A stretch of DNA of 64,000 nucleotides from Macrostomum lignano (taxonomy: Eukaryota): positions 62,001 through 126,000 of the forward strand of contig NIVC01001954.1 of assembly GCA_002269645.1 (NCBI GenBank), written 5' to 3'. Below, piece by piece: positions 23,742-35,700 of the stretch (position 1 is the first letter of the stretch; each line of letters opens with the position of its first letter). A program made the position numbers and the translations under genes. The notes under the pieces were generated by a model. The model saw only the letters and a list, made by a program, of their open reading frames with translations. It did no database searches and was not told where the DNA came from.

Positions 23742-26700
23742 CTATTCCTGCGACGCAGTCTCCCTCGTCAGCTGCAGGGTGTCCTCAGTCCGGGACTGTC
23801 GCAACTGCAGCACCGCGTGAACTCGGCTGCCAACGGCCTCTCGGTTGATGAACAACAGGCAGCCCAATAGCAGGAGAGTCAGCACGATGGCCAGAAAGAC
23901 CAGACCACCTGGAACAGGCGATGGGTTGTGGTTAATGTCGTAAAGTTGTATTTATACTCGGGAGCCGGGTAAACACCGGTATTTATACTCGGGAACCGGG
24001 TAACCACCGGTATTTATACTCGGGAACCGGGTAACCACCGGTATATATACTCGGGAACCGGGTAACCACCGGTATTTATACTCGGGAACCGGGTAACCAC
24101 CTGTATGTATACTCGGGAACCAGGTAACCACCTGTATGTATTCCCGGGAACCGGGTAACCACCTGTATGTATACTCGGGAACCGGGTAACCACCGGTATA
24201 TATACTCGGGAACCGGGTAACCACCTATATGTATACCCGGGAACCGGGGAAACACCGGTATACGAGACGTCGTACTTGGGAACCAGGCACCACCGGCACA
24301 TATCCTCAGGAAACAGGTAGCAGGCAATTAAATAAATCAGAGACCAGGCTTATCGGGTATTTGTTCATCGGGAACAAAGCGCAAGGCAGGTGACCCTCAG
24401 CGCGCGTCTCACCTGGAGTCCTTCCGCTGAGCATGAACTGCTTGGCACCCCAGACCTGAGTCCTGGCCATGCGGCACTGTCTGAGGCTGGCATTCCGGTT
24501 GCAATCAATGAAGGTCACGCTGACATTAATTCCAGTCTCGATGGCCGAGTAGCTGATCTGAATGTCGGGCAGGTCGGCAGTCAGCGCCATGTACAGCACC
24601 CGGCTAGAGGAGCTGTAGTCGCCGCAGATCACAAGACTCCTGGTGGCGGCGGCGGCCCCGGCTGCCTTCCGGCCGACTGTCATGTGCTGGCCGTACGCGT
24701 CGCAGTCGTGACAGGGACAGCTGAAATCAAAGTTAGACAGTTCCAAGCGCACTAGCCAAGAGTTCGATTCGCGGTCCATGGCCTGCCGCATCTCCGTACT
24801 GGTGGGGATGTTCCACTTGCAGTCGGATGCCGCGGCTGCCCTGCTCTCTGGCGTCCTGGCCAGCTGAGCCTCCAGCCTCATGCTGCTGACCGAAATGTTC
24901 TGGCAGCCCGGCTGCCCACTGTTCAGGGAGCGGCACTGCAGCTCCGGGCAGGAGGGCACTGCGCGAGATTGTGTTTAGAGCGAGTTTTTTGGTTACCGCC
25001 GCATCTAAGAGAATAGTTGTAAACCAACTTTAGAGGCCCTCCTCACCATGAAAATCCACCTCACCTTAAATAACCACCTCACCTTGAAGACCCAACCTTC
25101 GGGACCCACATCACCTTGAAGACACACCTCACTTTGAAGACCCACCTCAAATTGAAGACCCACATCACCTTCAAGACCCACCTCACCTTCAAGACCCACC
25201 TCACTTTGAAGACCCACCTCAAATTGAAGACCCACATCACCTTCAAGACCCACCTCACCTTCAAGACCCACCTCACCTTCAAGACCCACCTCACCTTGAA
25301 GACCCACCCACATTGAAGACCCACCTCACCTTCAAGACCCACCTCACATGGAAGACCCACATCACCTTGAAGACCCACCTCAAATTGAAGACCCACCTCA
25401 CATTGAAGACCCACCTTACCTTGAAGACCCACCTCACCTTCAAGACCCATCTCACCTTCAAGACCCATCTCACCTTCAAGACCCATCTCACCTTCAAGAC
25501 CCACCTCACCTTCAAGACCCACCTCACCTTCAAGACCCATCTCACCTTGAAGACTGCGCCACATGAGAGCCCACCTGGGAGCCCACCTGAGAGCCCACCT
25601 GAAAACCCACCTGAGAGCCCACCAGAAAACCCACCTGGGAGCCCACCTGAGAGCCCACCTGAGAGCCCACCTGAGAGCCCACCTGAGAGCCCACCTGAGA
25701 GCCCACCTGGGAGCCCACCTGAAAATCCGCCTGAGAGCCCACCTGAGAGCCCACCTGGGAGCCCACCTGAGAGCCCACCTGAGAGCCCACCTGAGAGCCC
25801 ACCTGAGAGCCCACCTGAGAGCCCACCTGAGAGCCCACCTGGAGCCCACCTGAGAGCCCATCTGAGAGCCCAGCTGAGAGCCCACCTAGGAGCCCACCTG
25901 AGAGCCCATCTGAGAGCCCAGCTGAGAGCCCACCTAGGAGCCCACCTAGGAGCCCACCTGAGAGCCCACCTGAGAGCCCACCTGAAAACCTACCTGAGAG
26001 CCCACCCATCTCATCTCAGTCTCACCGTACTCATAGCTGATGATAAAACTCAAGGTCTTGATTCGGGTCAGGTTGAAGATCTGACGCAATGCGTCCATCC
26101 CAGGTCCAGCCAGCCTTTCCATCATGTCGTTTTTCAAGGCCAGCAAGCTGATGCCGACAGAGCCGTCAATCAGCAATTTGGACTTGGTGCCCAGCGAGCC
26201 GATGGAATAACCGTGGCACATTTCCAGCTGCTCCTCAATCCAGTTGCCCGGACTGTTCGAGTCCCGCCGCCTGGTGGTGAGCACAATATGTGGATTGACG
26301 TCTCTGCTAGACAGCTTGGAGTGGCAATAGAAGTCGATATCCTCAAAGCCCAGGTTGTGGCTGATCCTCAGCAGGATGCTGTAACCAGGCCTGTAGTCGA
26401 GGTCGAAACCGCAAGATATCTGTGAGTAGTGCCTCTTGGAGTTCGGCAGAATTCTCGAATCAATAAATAGAGGCAGATGGATGTTCCCGAAGGTGCTGTT
26501 GTCGTTCTGGTTGGGCCGCGAGTCCAGGTTCTGGCAGATTGATTGCACCACTGCAGGTCAAGGAAGTGTTGCGCGTAAATTAGTTTAATAATTCGCCTTT
26601 AATCAGATTTAATCTTACTCAATCTCATTTAATTCCATTAAACCCCATTAAACCCCATTCAATTCCATTTAGACCCATGTAATCCCATTCAAATCATCTC

Positions 26701-29700
26701 AATCCCATTCAATCCAATTTAATCAAACTTAATCCCAATCGATACAATTCAATCCCCTTTAATCCCATTTAATCCCATTTAATCCCATGTAATCACATTC
26801 AATCCCATTCAATCCCATTTAATCCCATTCAATCCCATTCAATCCCATTCAATCCCATGTAATCCCATTCAATAAAATTCAATCCCATGTAATCCCATTC
26901 AATCCCATTCAATCCCATTCAATCCCATTCAATCCCATTCAATCCAATTCAATCCCATTCAATCCCATTCAATCCCATTTATCCCATTTTATCCCATTTT
27001 ATCCCATTTAATCCTATTCAATCCCATTTAATCCCATTTAATTCCATTTAATCTCATTTAATCCTATTTGATTCAATTTAATCTCATTTAATCCTATTTG
27101 ATTCCATTTAATCCCATTCAATCCCATTTAATCCTATTCAATCCCATTTAATCCCATTTAATCCCATTCAATCCCATTTAATCCCATTTAATCATATTCA
27201 ATCCCATTTAATCCCATTTAATCCCATTCAATCCCATTTAATCCTATTTAATCCCATTTAATCCCATTCAATCCCATTTAATCCCATTTAATCATATTCA
27301 ATCCCATTTAATCCCGTTTAATCCCATTCAATCCCATTTAATCCTATTTAATCCCATTCAATCCCATTTAATCCCATTTAATCCCATTTAATCCCATTCA
27401 ATCCCATTTAATCCCATTTAATCATATTCAATCCCATTTAATCCCATTTAATCCCATTCAATCCCATTTTATCCCATTTTATCCCATTCAATCCCATTCA
27501 ATCCCATTTAATCATATTCAATCCCATTTAATCCTATTTAATCCCATTCAATCCCATTTAATCCTATTTAATCCCATTCAATCCCATTTAATCCTATTTA
27601 ATCCCATTCAATCCCATTTAATCCCATTCAATCCCATTCAATCCCATTTAATCCCATTCAATCCCATTTAATCCCATTTAATCCCATTCAATCCCATTTA
27701 ATCCTATTTAATCCCATTCAATCCCCTTTAATCCCATTTAATCCCATTCAATCCCATTTAATCCTATTTAATCCCATTCAATCCCATTTAATCCCATTCA
27801 ATCCCATTTAATCCCATTTAATCATATTCAATCCCATTTAATCCTATTTAATTCCATTCAATCCCATTTAATCCTATTTAGTCCCATTCAATCCCATTTA
27901 ATCCCATTTAATCCCATTCAATTCCATTTAATCCTATTTAATCCCATTCAATCCCATTTAATCCCATTCAATCCCATTTAATCCTTTTTAATCCCATTCA
28001 ATCCCATTTAATCCTATTTAATTCCATTCAATCCCATTTAATCCTATTTAATCCCATTCAATCCCATTTAATCCCATTTAATCCCATTCAATCCCATTTA
28101 ATCCTATTTAATCCCATTCAATCCCATTTAATCCCATTCAATCCCATTTAATCCCATTTAATCATATTCAATCCCATTTAATCCTATTTAATTCCATTCA
28201 ATCCCATTTAATCCTATTTAATCCCATTCAATCCCATTTAATCCCATTTAATCCCATTCAATCCCATTTAATCCTATTTAATCCCATTCAATCCCATTTA
28301 ATCCCATTCAATCCCATTTAATCCCATTTAATCATATTCAATCCCATTTAATCCCATTTAATCCCATTCAATCCCATTTAATCCCATTTAATCATATTCA
28401 ATCCCATTTAATCCTATTTAATTCCATTCAATCCCATTTAATCCTATTTAATCCCATTCAATCCCATGTAATCCCATTTAAATCAGAGCTTCCCGAAAAC
28501 AATCGTTTAAGTTGGCCGCAGCAAAATTTACCTGGGAAATTGTAGATCACTTTACTGACCAGATGGGCTGCGCTGTTGCTCGGGAACTTCAGCAGCAGAG
28601 GATATTTCCACGAGTCGTACATAAAACTGGTGCTGTTGCAGCGGACGGAGTTGACGAACAGCTGGCTGATGACGTCGAGAGACTCGCGGGGGCCGGCCTG
28701 GTGGCAAGTCAACTCGAAGATCACCTTAAGCATCGTGTGCTAAAAATTGGAAATGGGCAATGAGAAACCATAATGCCTACTCGGTAGAAGTATGATGTTT
28801 GGGAATGTTATTTGAATGCGGACACAGGGAAGGAACTGAGGACACAGGGAAGGAACTGAGGACACAGGGAAGGAACTAAGGACACAGGGAAGGAACTGAG
28901 GACACAGGGAAGGAACTGAGGACACAGGGAAGGAACTAAGGACACAGGGAAGGAACTGAGGACACAGGGAAGGAACTGAGGACACAGGGAAGGAACTAAG
29001 GACACAGGGAAGGAACTGAGGACACAAGGAAGGAACTGAGGACACAGGGAAGGAACTAAGGACACAGGGAAGGAGTAGAGGACACAGGGAAGAAGCAGAG
29101 GACACAGGGAAGGAACTGATGACACAGGGAAGGAACTGAGGACACAGGGAAGGAACTAAGGACACAGGGAAGGGGCAGAGGATGGACAGAGGCTCACAGA
29201 ATATGACTCAGAATATCCGGTTTGCTTCAGGAATTCGGCAACTACACAGCCGGGTTGAGCATCGATTCTGAAGACCTTGAAGGCCTGGCCACTGGTGTAC
29301 TGGGTGCTGATGTTGACGACTGAGCAGCCTTGAGTAGGCAAGAGGTTGCGGGAATTGAGCAGCAGCTTTAGCATAAAATTTTTAGTATATCGATGTAGAC
29401 GTGCTTTCATTTTCATTTCATTAACCACAACGGTTGGTTACAAAAAGGGAATCTGAGAATCTGAGAGATCGAGAATCTGAGAGATTGAGAATCTGAGAGA
29501 TCGGGAATCTGAGAAGAGATCGGGAATCTGAGAGATCGGGAATCTGAGAGATCGGGAATCTGAGAGATCGAGAATCTGAGAGATCGGGAATCTGAGAGAT
29601 CGGGAATCTGAGAGATCGGGAATCTGAGAAGAGATCGAGAATCTGAGAGATCGGGAATCTGAGAGATCGGGAATCTGAGAGATCGGGAATCTGAGAAGAG

Positions 29701-32700
29701 ATCGGGAATCTGAGAGATCGGGAATCTGAGAAGAGATCGGGAATCTGAGAGATCGGGAATCTGAGAAGAGATCGGGAATCTGAGAGATCGGGAATCTGAG
29801 AGATCGGGAATCTGAGAGATCGAGAATCTGAGAGATCGGGAATCTGAGAGATCGAGAATCTGAGAGATCGGGAATCTGAGAGATCGAGAATCTGAGAGAT
29901 CGGGAATCTGAGAGATCGGGAATCTGAGAAGAGATCGGGAATCTGAGAAGAGATTGGGAATCTGAGAAGAGATTGGGAATCTGAGAAGAGATCGGGAATC
30001 TGAGAGATCGGGAATCTGAGAGATCGGGAATCTGAGAGATCGGAAATCTGAGAGATCGGGAATCTGAGAGATCGGGAATCTGAGAGATTGGGAATCTGAG
30101 AGATCGAGAATCTGAGAGATCGGGAATCTGAGAGATCGGAAATCTGAGAGATCGGGAATCTGAGAGATCGAGAATCTGAGAGATCGGGAATCTGAGAAGA
30201 GATCGAGAATCTGAGAGATCGAGAATCTGAGAGATCGGGAATCTGAGAAGAGATCGGGAATCTGAGAGATCGGGAATCTGAGAAGAGATCGGGAATCTGA
30301 GAAGAGATCGGGAATCTGAGAGATCGGGAATCTGAGAGATCGGGAATCTGAGAAGAGATCGGGAATCTGAGAGATCGGGAATCTGAGAGATCGGGAATCT
30401 GAGAAGAGATCGGGAATCTGAGAAGAGATTGGGAATCTGAGAAGAGATTGGGGATCTGAGAAGAGATCGGGAATCTGAGAGATCGGGAATCTGAGAAGAG
30501 ATCGGGAATCTGAGAAGAGATCGGGAATCTGAGAGATCGGGAATCTGAGAAGAGATCGGGAATCTGAGAGATCGGGAATCTGAGAAGAGATCGGGAATCT
30601 GAGAGATCGGGAATCTGAGAAGAGATCGGGAATCTGAGAAGAGATTGGGAATCTGAGAAGAGATCGGGAATCTAAGAAGAGATCGGGAATCTGAGAAGAG
30701 ATTGGGAATCTGAGAAGAGATTGGGAATCTGAGAAGAGATTGGGAATCTGAGAAGAGATCGGGAATCTGAGAAGAGATCGGGAATCTGAGAAGAGATTGG
30801 GAATCTGAGAAGAGATCGGGAATCTGAGAAGAGATCGGGAGAGAATCTGAGAAGAGATCGGGAATCTAAGAGATCGGGAATCTGAGAGATCGGGAATCTG
30901 AGAGATCGGGAATCTGAGAAGAGATCGGGAATCTGAGAGATCGGGAATCTGAGAGATCGGGAATCTGAGAAGAGATTGGGAATCTGAGAAGAGATTGGGA
31001 ATCTGAGAAGAGATCGGGAATCTGACAAGAGATTGGGAATCTGAGAAGAGATCGGGAATCTGAGAAGAGATCAGGAATCTGAGAAGAGATCAGGAATCTG
31101 AGAGATCGGGAATCTGAGAGATCGGGAATCTGAGAAGAGATTGGGAATCTGAGAAGAGATTAGGAATCTGAGAAGAGATCGGGAATCTGAGAAGAGATCG
31201 GGAATCTGAGAAGAGATTGGGAATCTGAGAAGAGATCCGGAATCTGAGAAGAGATCGGGAATCTGAGAAGAGATCGGGAATCTGAGAGATCGGGAATCTG
31301 AGAAGAGATCGGGAATCTGAGAGATCGGGAATCTGAGAAGAGATCGGGAATCTGAGAAGAGATCGGGAGGGAATCTGAGAAGAGATCGGGAATCTGAGAG
31401 ATCGGGAATCTGAGAAGAGATTGGGAATCTGAGAAGAGATTGGGAATCTGAGAAGAGATCGGGAATCCGAGAAGAGATCGGGAATCTGAGAGATCGGGAA
31501 TCTGAGAAGAGATTGGGAATCTGAGAAGAGATTAGGAATCTGAGAAGAGATCGGGAATCTGAGAAGAGATCGGGAATCTGAGAAGAGATTGGGAATCTGA
31601 GAAGAGATCCGGAATCTGAGAAGAGATCGGGAATCTGAGAAGAGATCGGGAATCTGAGAGATCGGGAATCTGAGAAGAGATCGGGAATCTGAGAGATCGG
31701 GAATCTGAGAAGAGATCGGGAATCTGAGAAGAGATCGGGAGGGAATCTGAGAAGAGATCGGGAATCTGAGAAGAGATCGGAAATCTGAGAAGAGATCGGG
31801 AATCTGAGAGATCGGGAATCTGAGAAGAGATCGGGAATCTGAGAGATCGGGAATCTGAGAAGAGATCGGAAATCTGAGAAGAGATCGGGAATCTGAGAGA
31901 TCGGGAATCTGAGAAGAGATCGGGAATCTGAGAGATCGGGAATCTGAGAAGAGATCGGGAATCTGAGAAGAGATCGGGAGGGAATCTGAGAAGAGATCGG
32001 GAATCTGAGAAGAGATCGGGAATCTGACAAGAGATCGGGAATCTGAGAAGAGATCGGGAGGGAATCTGAGAAGAGATCGGGAATCTGAGAGATCGGGAAT
32101 CTGAGAAGAGATTGGGAATCTGAGAAGAGATTGGGAATCTGAGAAGAGATCGGGAATCCGAGAAGAGATCGGGAATCTGAGAAGAGATCGGGAATCTGAG
32201 AAGAGATCGGGAATCTGAGAAGAGATCGGGAATCTGAGAAGAGATCGGGAATCTGAGAAGAGATCGGGAATCTGAGAAGAGATCGGGAATCCGAGAAGAG
32301 ATCGGGAATCTGAGAAGAGATCGGGAATCTGAGAAGAGATCGGGAATCTGAGAAGAGATCGGGAATCTGAGAAGAGATCGGGAATCTGAGAAGAGATCGG
32401 GAATCTGAGAAGAGATCGGGAATCTGAGAAGAGATCGGGAATCCGAGAAGAGATCGGGAATCTGAGAAGAGATCGGGAATCTGAGAAGAGATCGGGAATC
32501 TGAGAAGAGATTGGGAATCTGAGAAGAGATCCGGAATCTGAGAAGAGATCGGGAATCTGAGAAGAGATCGGGAATCTGAGAGATCGGGAATCTGAGAAGA
32601 GATCGGGAATCTGAGAGATCGGGAATCTGAGAAGAGATCGGGAATCTGAGAAGAGATCGGGAGGGAATCTGAGAAGAGATCGGGAATCTGAGAGATCGGG

Positions 32701-35700
32701 AATCTGAGAAGAGATTGGGAATCTGAGAAGAGATTGGGAATCTGAGAAGAGATCGGGAATCTGAGAAAAGATCGGGAATCTGAGAGATCGGGAATCTGAG
32801 AAGAGATTGGGAATCTGAGAAGAGATTAGGAATCTGAGAAGAGATCGGGAATCTGAGAAGAGATCGGGAATCTGAGAAGAGATTGGGAATCTGAGAAGAG
32901 ATCCGGAATCTGAGAAGAGATCGGGAATCTGAGAAGAGATCGGGAATCTGAGAGATCGGGAATCTGAGAAGAGATCGGGAATCTGAGAGATCGGGAATCT
33001 GAGAAGAGATCGGGAATCTGAGAAGAGATCGGGGGAATCTGAGAAGAGATCGGGAATCTGAGAAGAGATCGGAAATCTGAGAAGAGATCGGGAATCTGAG
33101 AGATCGGGAATCTGAGAAGAGATCGGGAATCTGAGAGATCGGAAATCTGAGAAGAGATCGGAAATCTGAGAAGAGATCGGGAATCTGAGAGATCGGGAAT
33201 CTGAGAAGAGATCGGGAATCTGAGAGATCGGGAATCTGAGAAGAGATCGGGAATCTGAGAAGAGATCGGGAGGGAATCTGAGAAGAGATCGGGAATCTGA
33301 GAAGAGATCGGGAATCTGACAAGAGATCGGGAATCTGAGAAGAGATCGGGAGGGAATCTGAGAAGAGATCGGGAATCTGAGAGATCGGGAATCTGAGAAG
33401 AGATTGGGAATCTGAGAAGAGATTGGGAATCTGAGAAGAGATCGGGAATCCGAGAAGAGATCGGGAATCTGAGAAGAGATCGGGAATCTGAGAAGAGATC
33501 GGGAATCTGAGAAGAGATCGGGAATCTGAGAAGAGATCGGGAATCTGAGAAGAGATCGGGAATCTGAGAAGAGATCGGGAATCCGAGAAGAGATCGGGAA
33601 TCTGAGAAGAGATCGGGAATCTGAGAAGAGATCGGGAATCTGAGAAGAGATCGGGAATCTGAGAAGAGATCGGGAGGGAATCTGAGAAGAGATCGGGAAT
33701 CTGAGAAGAGATCGGGAATCTGACAAGAGATCGGGAATCTGAGAAGAGATCGGGAGGGAATCTGAGAAGAGATCGGGAATCTGAGAGATCGGGAATCTGA
33801 GAAGAGATTGGGAATCTGAGAAGAGATTGGGAATCTGAGAAGAGATCGGGAATCCGAGAAGAGATCGGGAATCTGAGAAGAGATCGGGAATCCGAGAAGA
33901 GATCGGGAATCTGAGAAGAGATCGGGAATCTGAGAAGAGATCGGGAATCTGAGAAGAGATCGGGAATCTGAGAAGAGATCGGGAATCTGAGAAGAGATCG
34001 GGAATCCGAGAAGAGATCGGGAATCTGAGAAGAGATCGGGAATCTGAGAAGAGAAAGGGAATCTGAGAAGAGATCGGGAATCCGAGAAGAGATCGGGAAT
34101 CTGAGAAGAGATCGGGAATCTGAGAAGAGATCGGGAATCTGAGAAGAGATCGGGAATCTGAGAAGAGATCGGGAATCTGAGAAGAGATCGGGAATCTGAG
34201 AAGAGATCGGGAATCTGAGAAGAGATCGGGAATCTGAGAAGAGATCGGGAATCCGAGAAGAGATCGGGAATCTGAGAAGAGATCGGGAATCTGAGAAGAG
34301 ATCGGGAATCTGAGAAGAGATCGGGAATCTGAGAAGAGATCTGGAATCTTAATCAGGATTCGCACCCGTCTTCGGCTTTGGAATGTTGAAAATGGTGAGG
34401 TTAAAGCCCATGAGATTGAGTTCAGGCCGCCTCGTTGAGATTGTCACGTTCACTTCGCCGACGAAGAGGCCGACAGGTTTGTTGTTGGCAAACGTGCAGA
34501 AGTCCTCGCTGAAAATCCGTCTGGTGCCGACTGCCTCGGGGTCGTCCTCGTCCGGCAGGACTCTCGCGCTGGATCGAAAGCCAACCCTCGGCTCGCAGGG
34601 CCCGCTTAAACCGGGATACATTGCTGAGGCTCTAAAAGTAATTAGAATTTATATCGCATTATTCGCATTTTTTTCTTGCTACTATATAGTAGAGTATAAC
34701 GTATCAAAATGTGTAAAAGAATTTTAGGTTTTGATATTGACTCAATCCAGGACTCAATCCAGGACTCAATCCAGGACTCAATCCAGGACTCAATCCAGGA
34801 CTCAATCCAGGACTCAATCCAGGACTCAATCCAGGACTCAATCCAGGACTCAATCCAGGACTCAATCCAGGACTCAATCCAGGACTCAATCCAGGACTCA
34901 ATCCAGGACTCAATCCAGGACTCAATCCAGGACTCAATCCAGGACTCAATCCAGGACTCAATCCAGGACTCAATCCAGGACTCAATCCAGGACTCAATCC
35001 AGGACTCAATCCAGGACTCAATCCAGGACTCAATCCAGGACTCAATCCAGGACTCAATCCAGGACTCAATCCAGGACTCAATCCAGGACTCAATCCAGGA
35101 CTCAATCCAGGACTCAATCCAGGACTCAATCCAGGACTCAATCCAGGACTCAATCCAGGACTCAATCCAGGACTCAATCCAGGACTCAATCCAGGACTCA
35201 ATCCAGGACTCAATCCAGGACTCAATCCAGGACTCAATCCAGGACTCAATCCAGGACTCAATCCAGGACTCAATCCAGGACTCAATCCAGGACTCAATCC
35301 AGGACTCAATCCAGGACTCAATCCAGGACTCAATCCAGGACTCAATCCAGGACTCAATCCAGGACTCAATCCAGGACTCAATCCAGGACTCAATCCAGGA
35401 CTCAATCCAGGACTCAATCCAGGACTCAATCCAGGACTCAATCCAGGACTCAATCCAATACTCAATCCAGTACTCAATCCAGGACTCAGTGCAGGACTCC
35501 ATCAATGGCGGGTTTTAAACGTGAAAATTTGAGAATCGCCTCTGTGCACGCACCCTGACAGTTTTCATCGCCCCACTTACTCGTCTAGAGTCCTGCGAAA
35601 TGAAAAAATTGGATGCTCCAAGTTGAGCGACAGTGACAACAAGTGCTGCGAATCTCGCGGCCGCAGCACCCACGAACATTGGTTTTTGCCGGCAAGAACC

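Noticed and set aside
31071-34365. 1091-aa and 596-aa ORFs
   Set aside because: Satellite translation within CUB intron 6.
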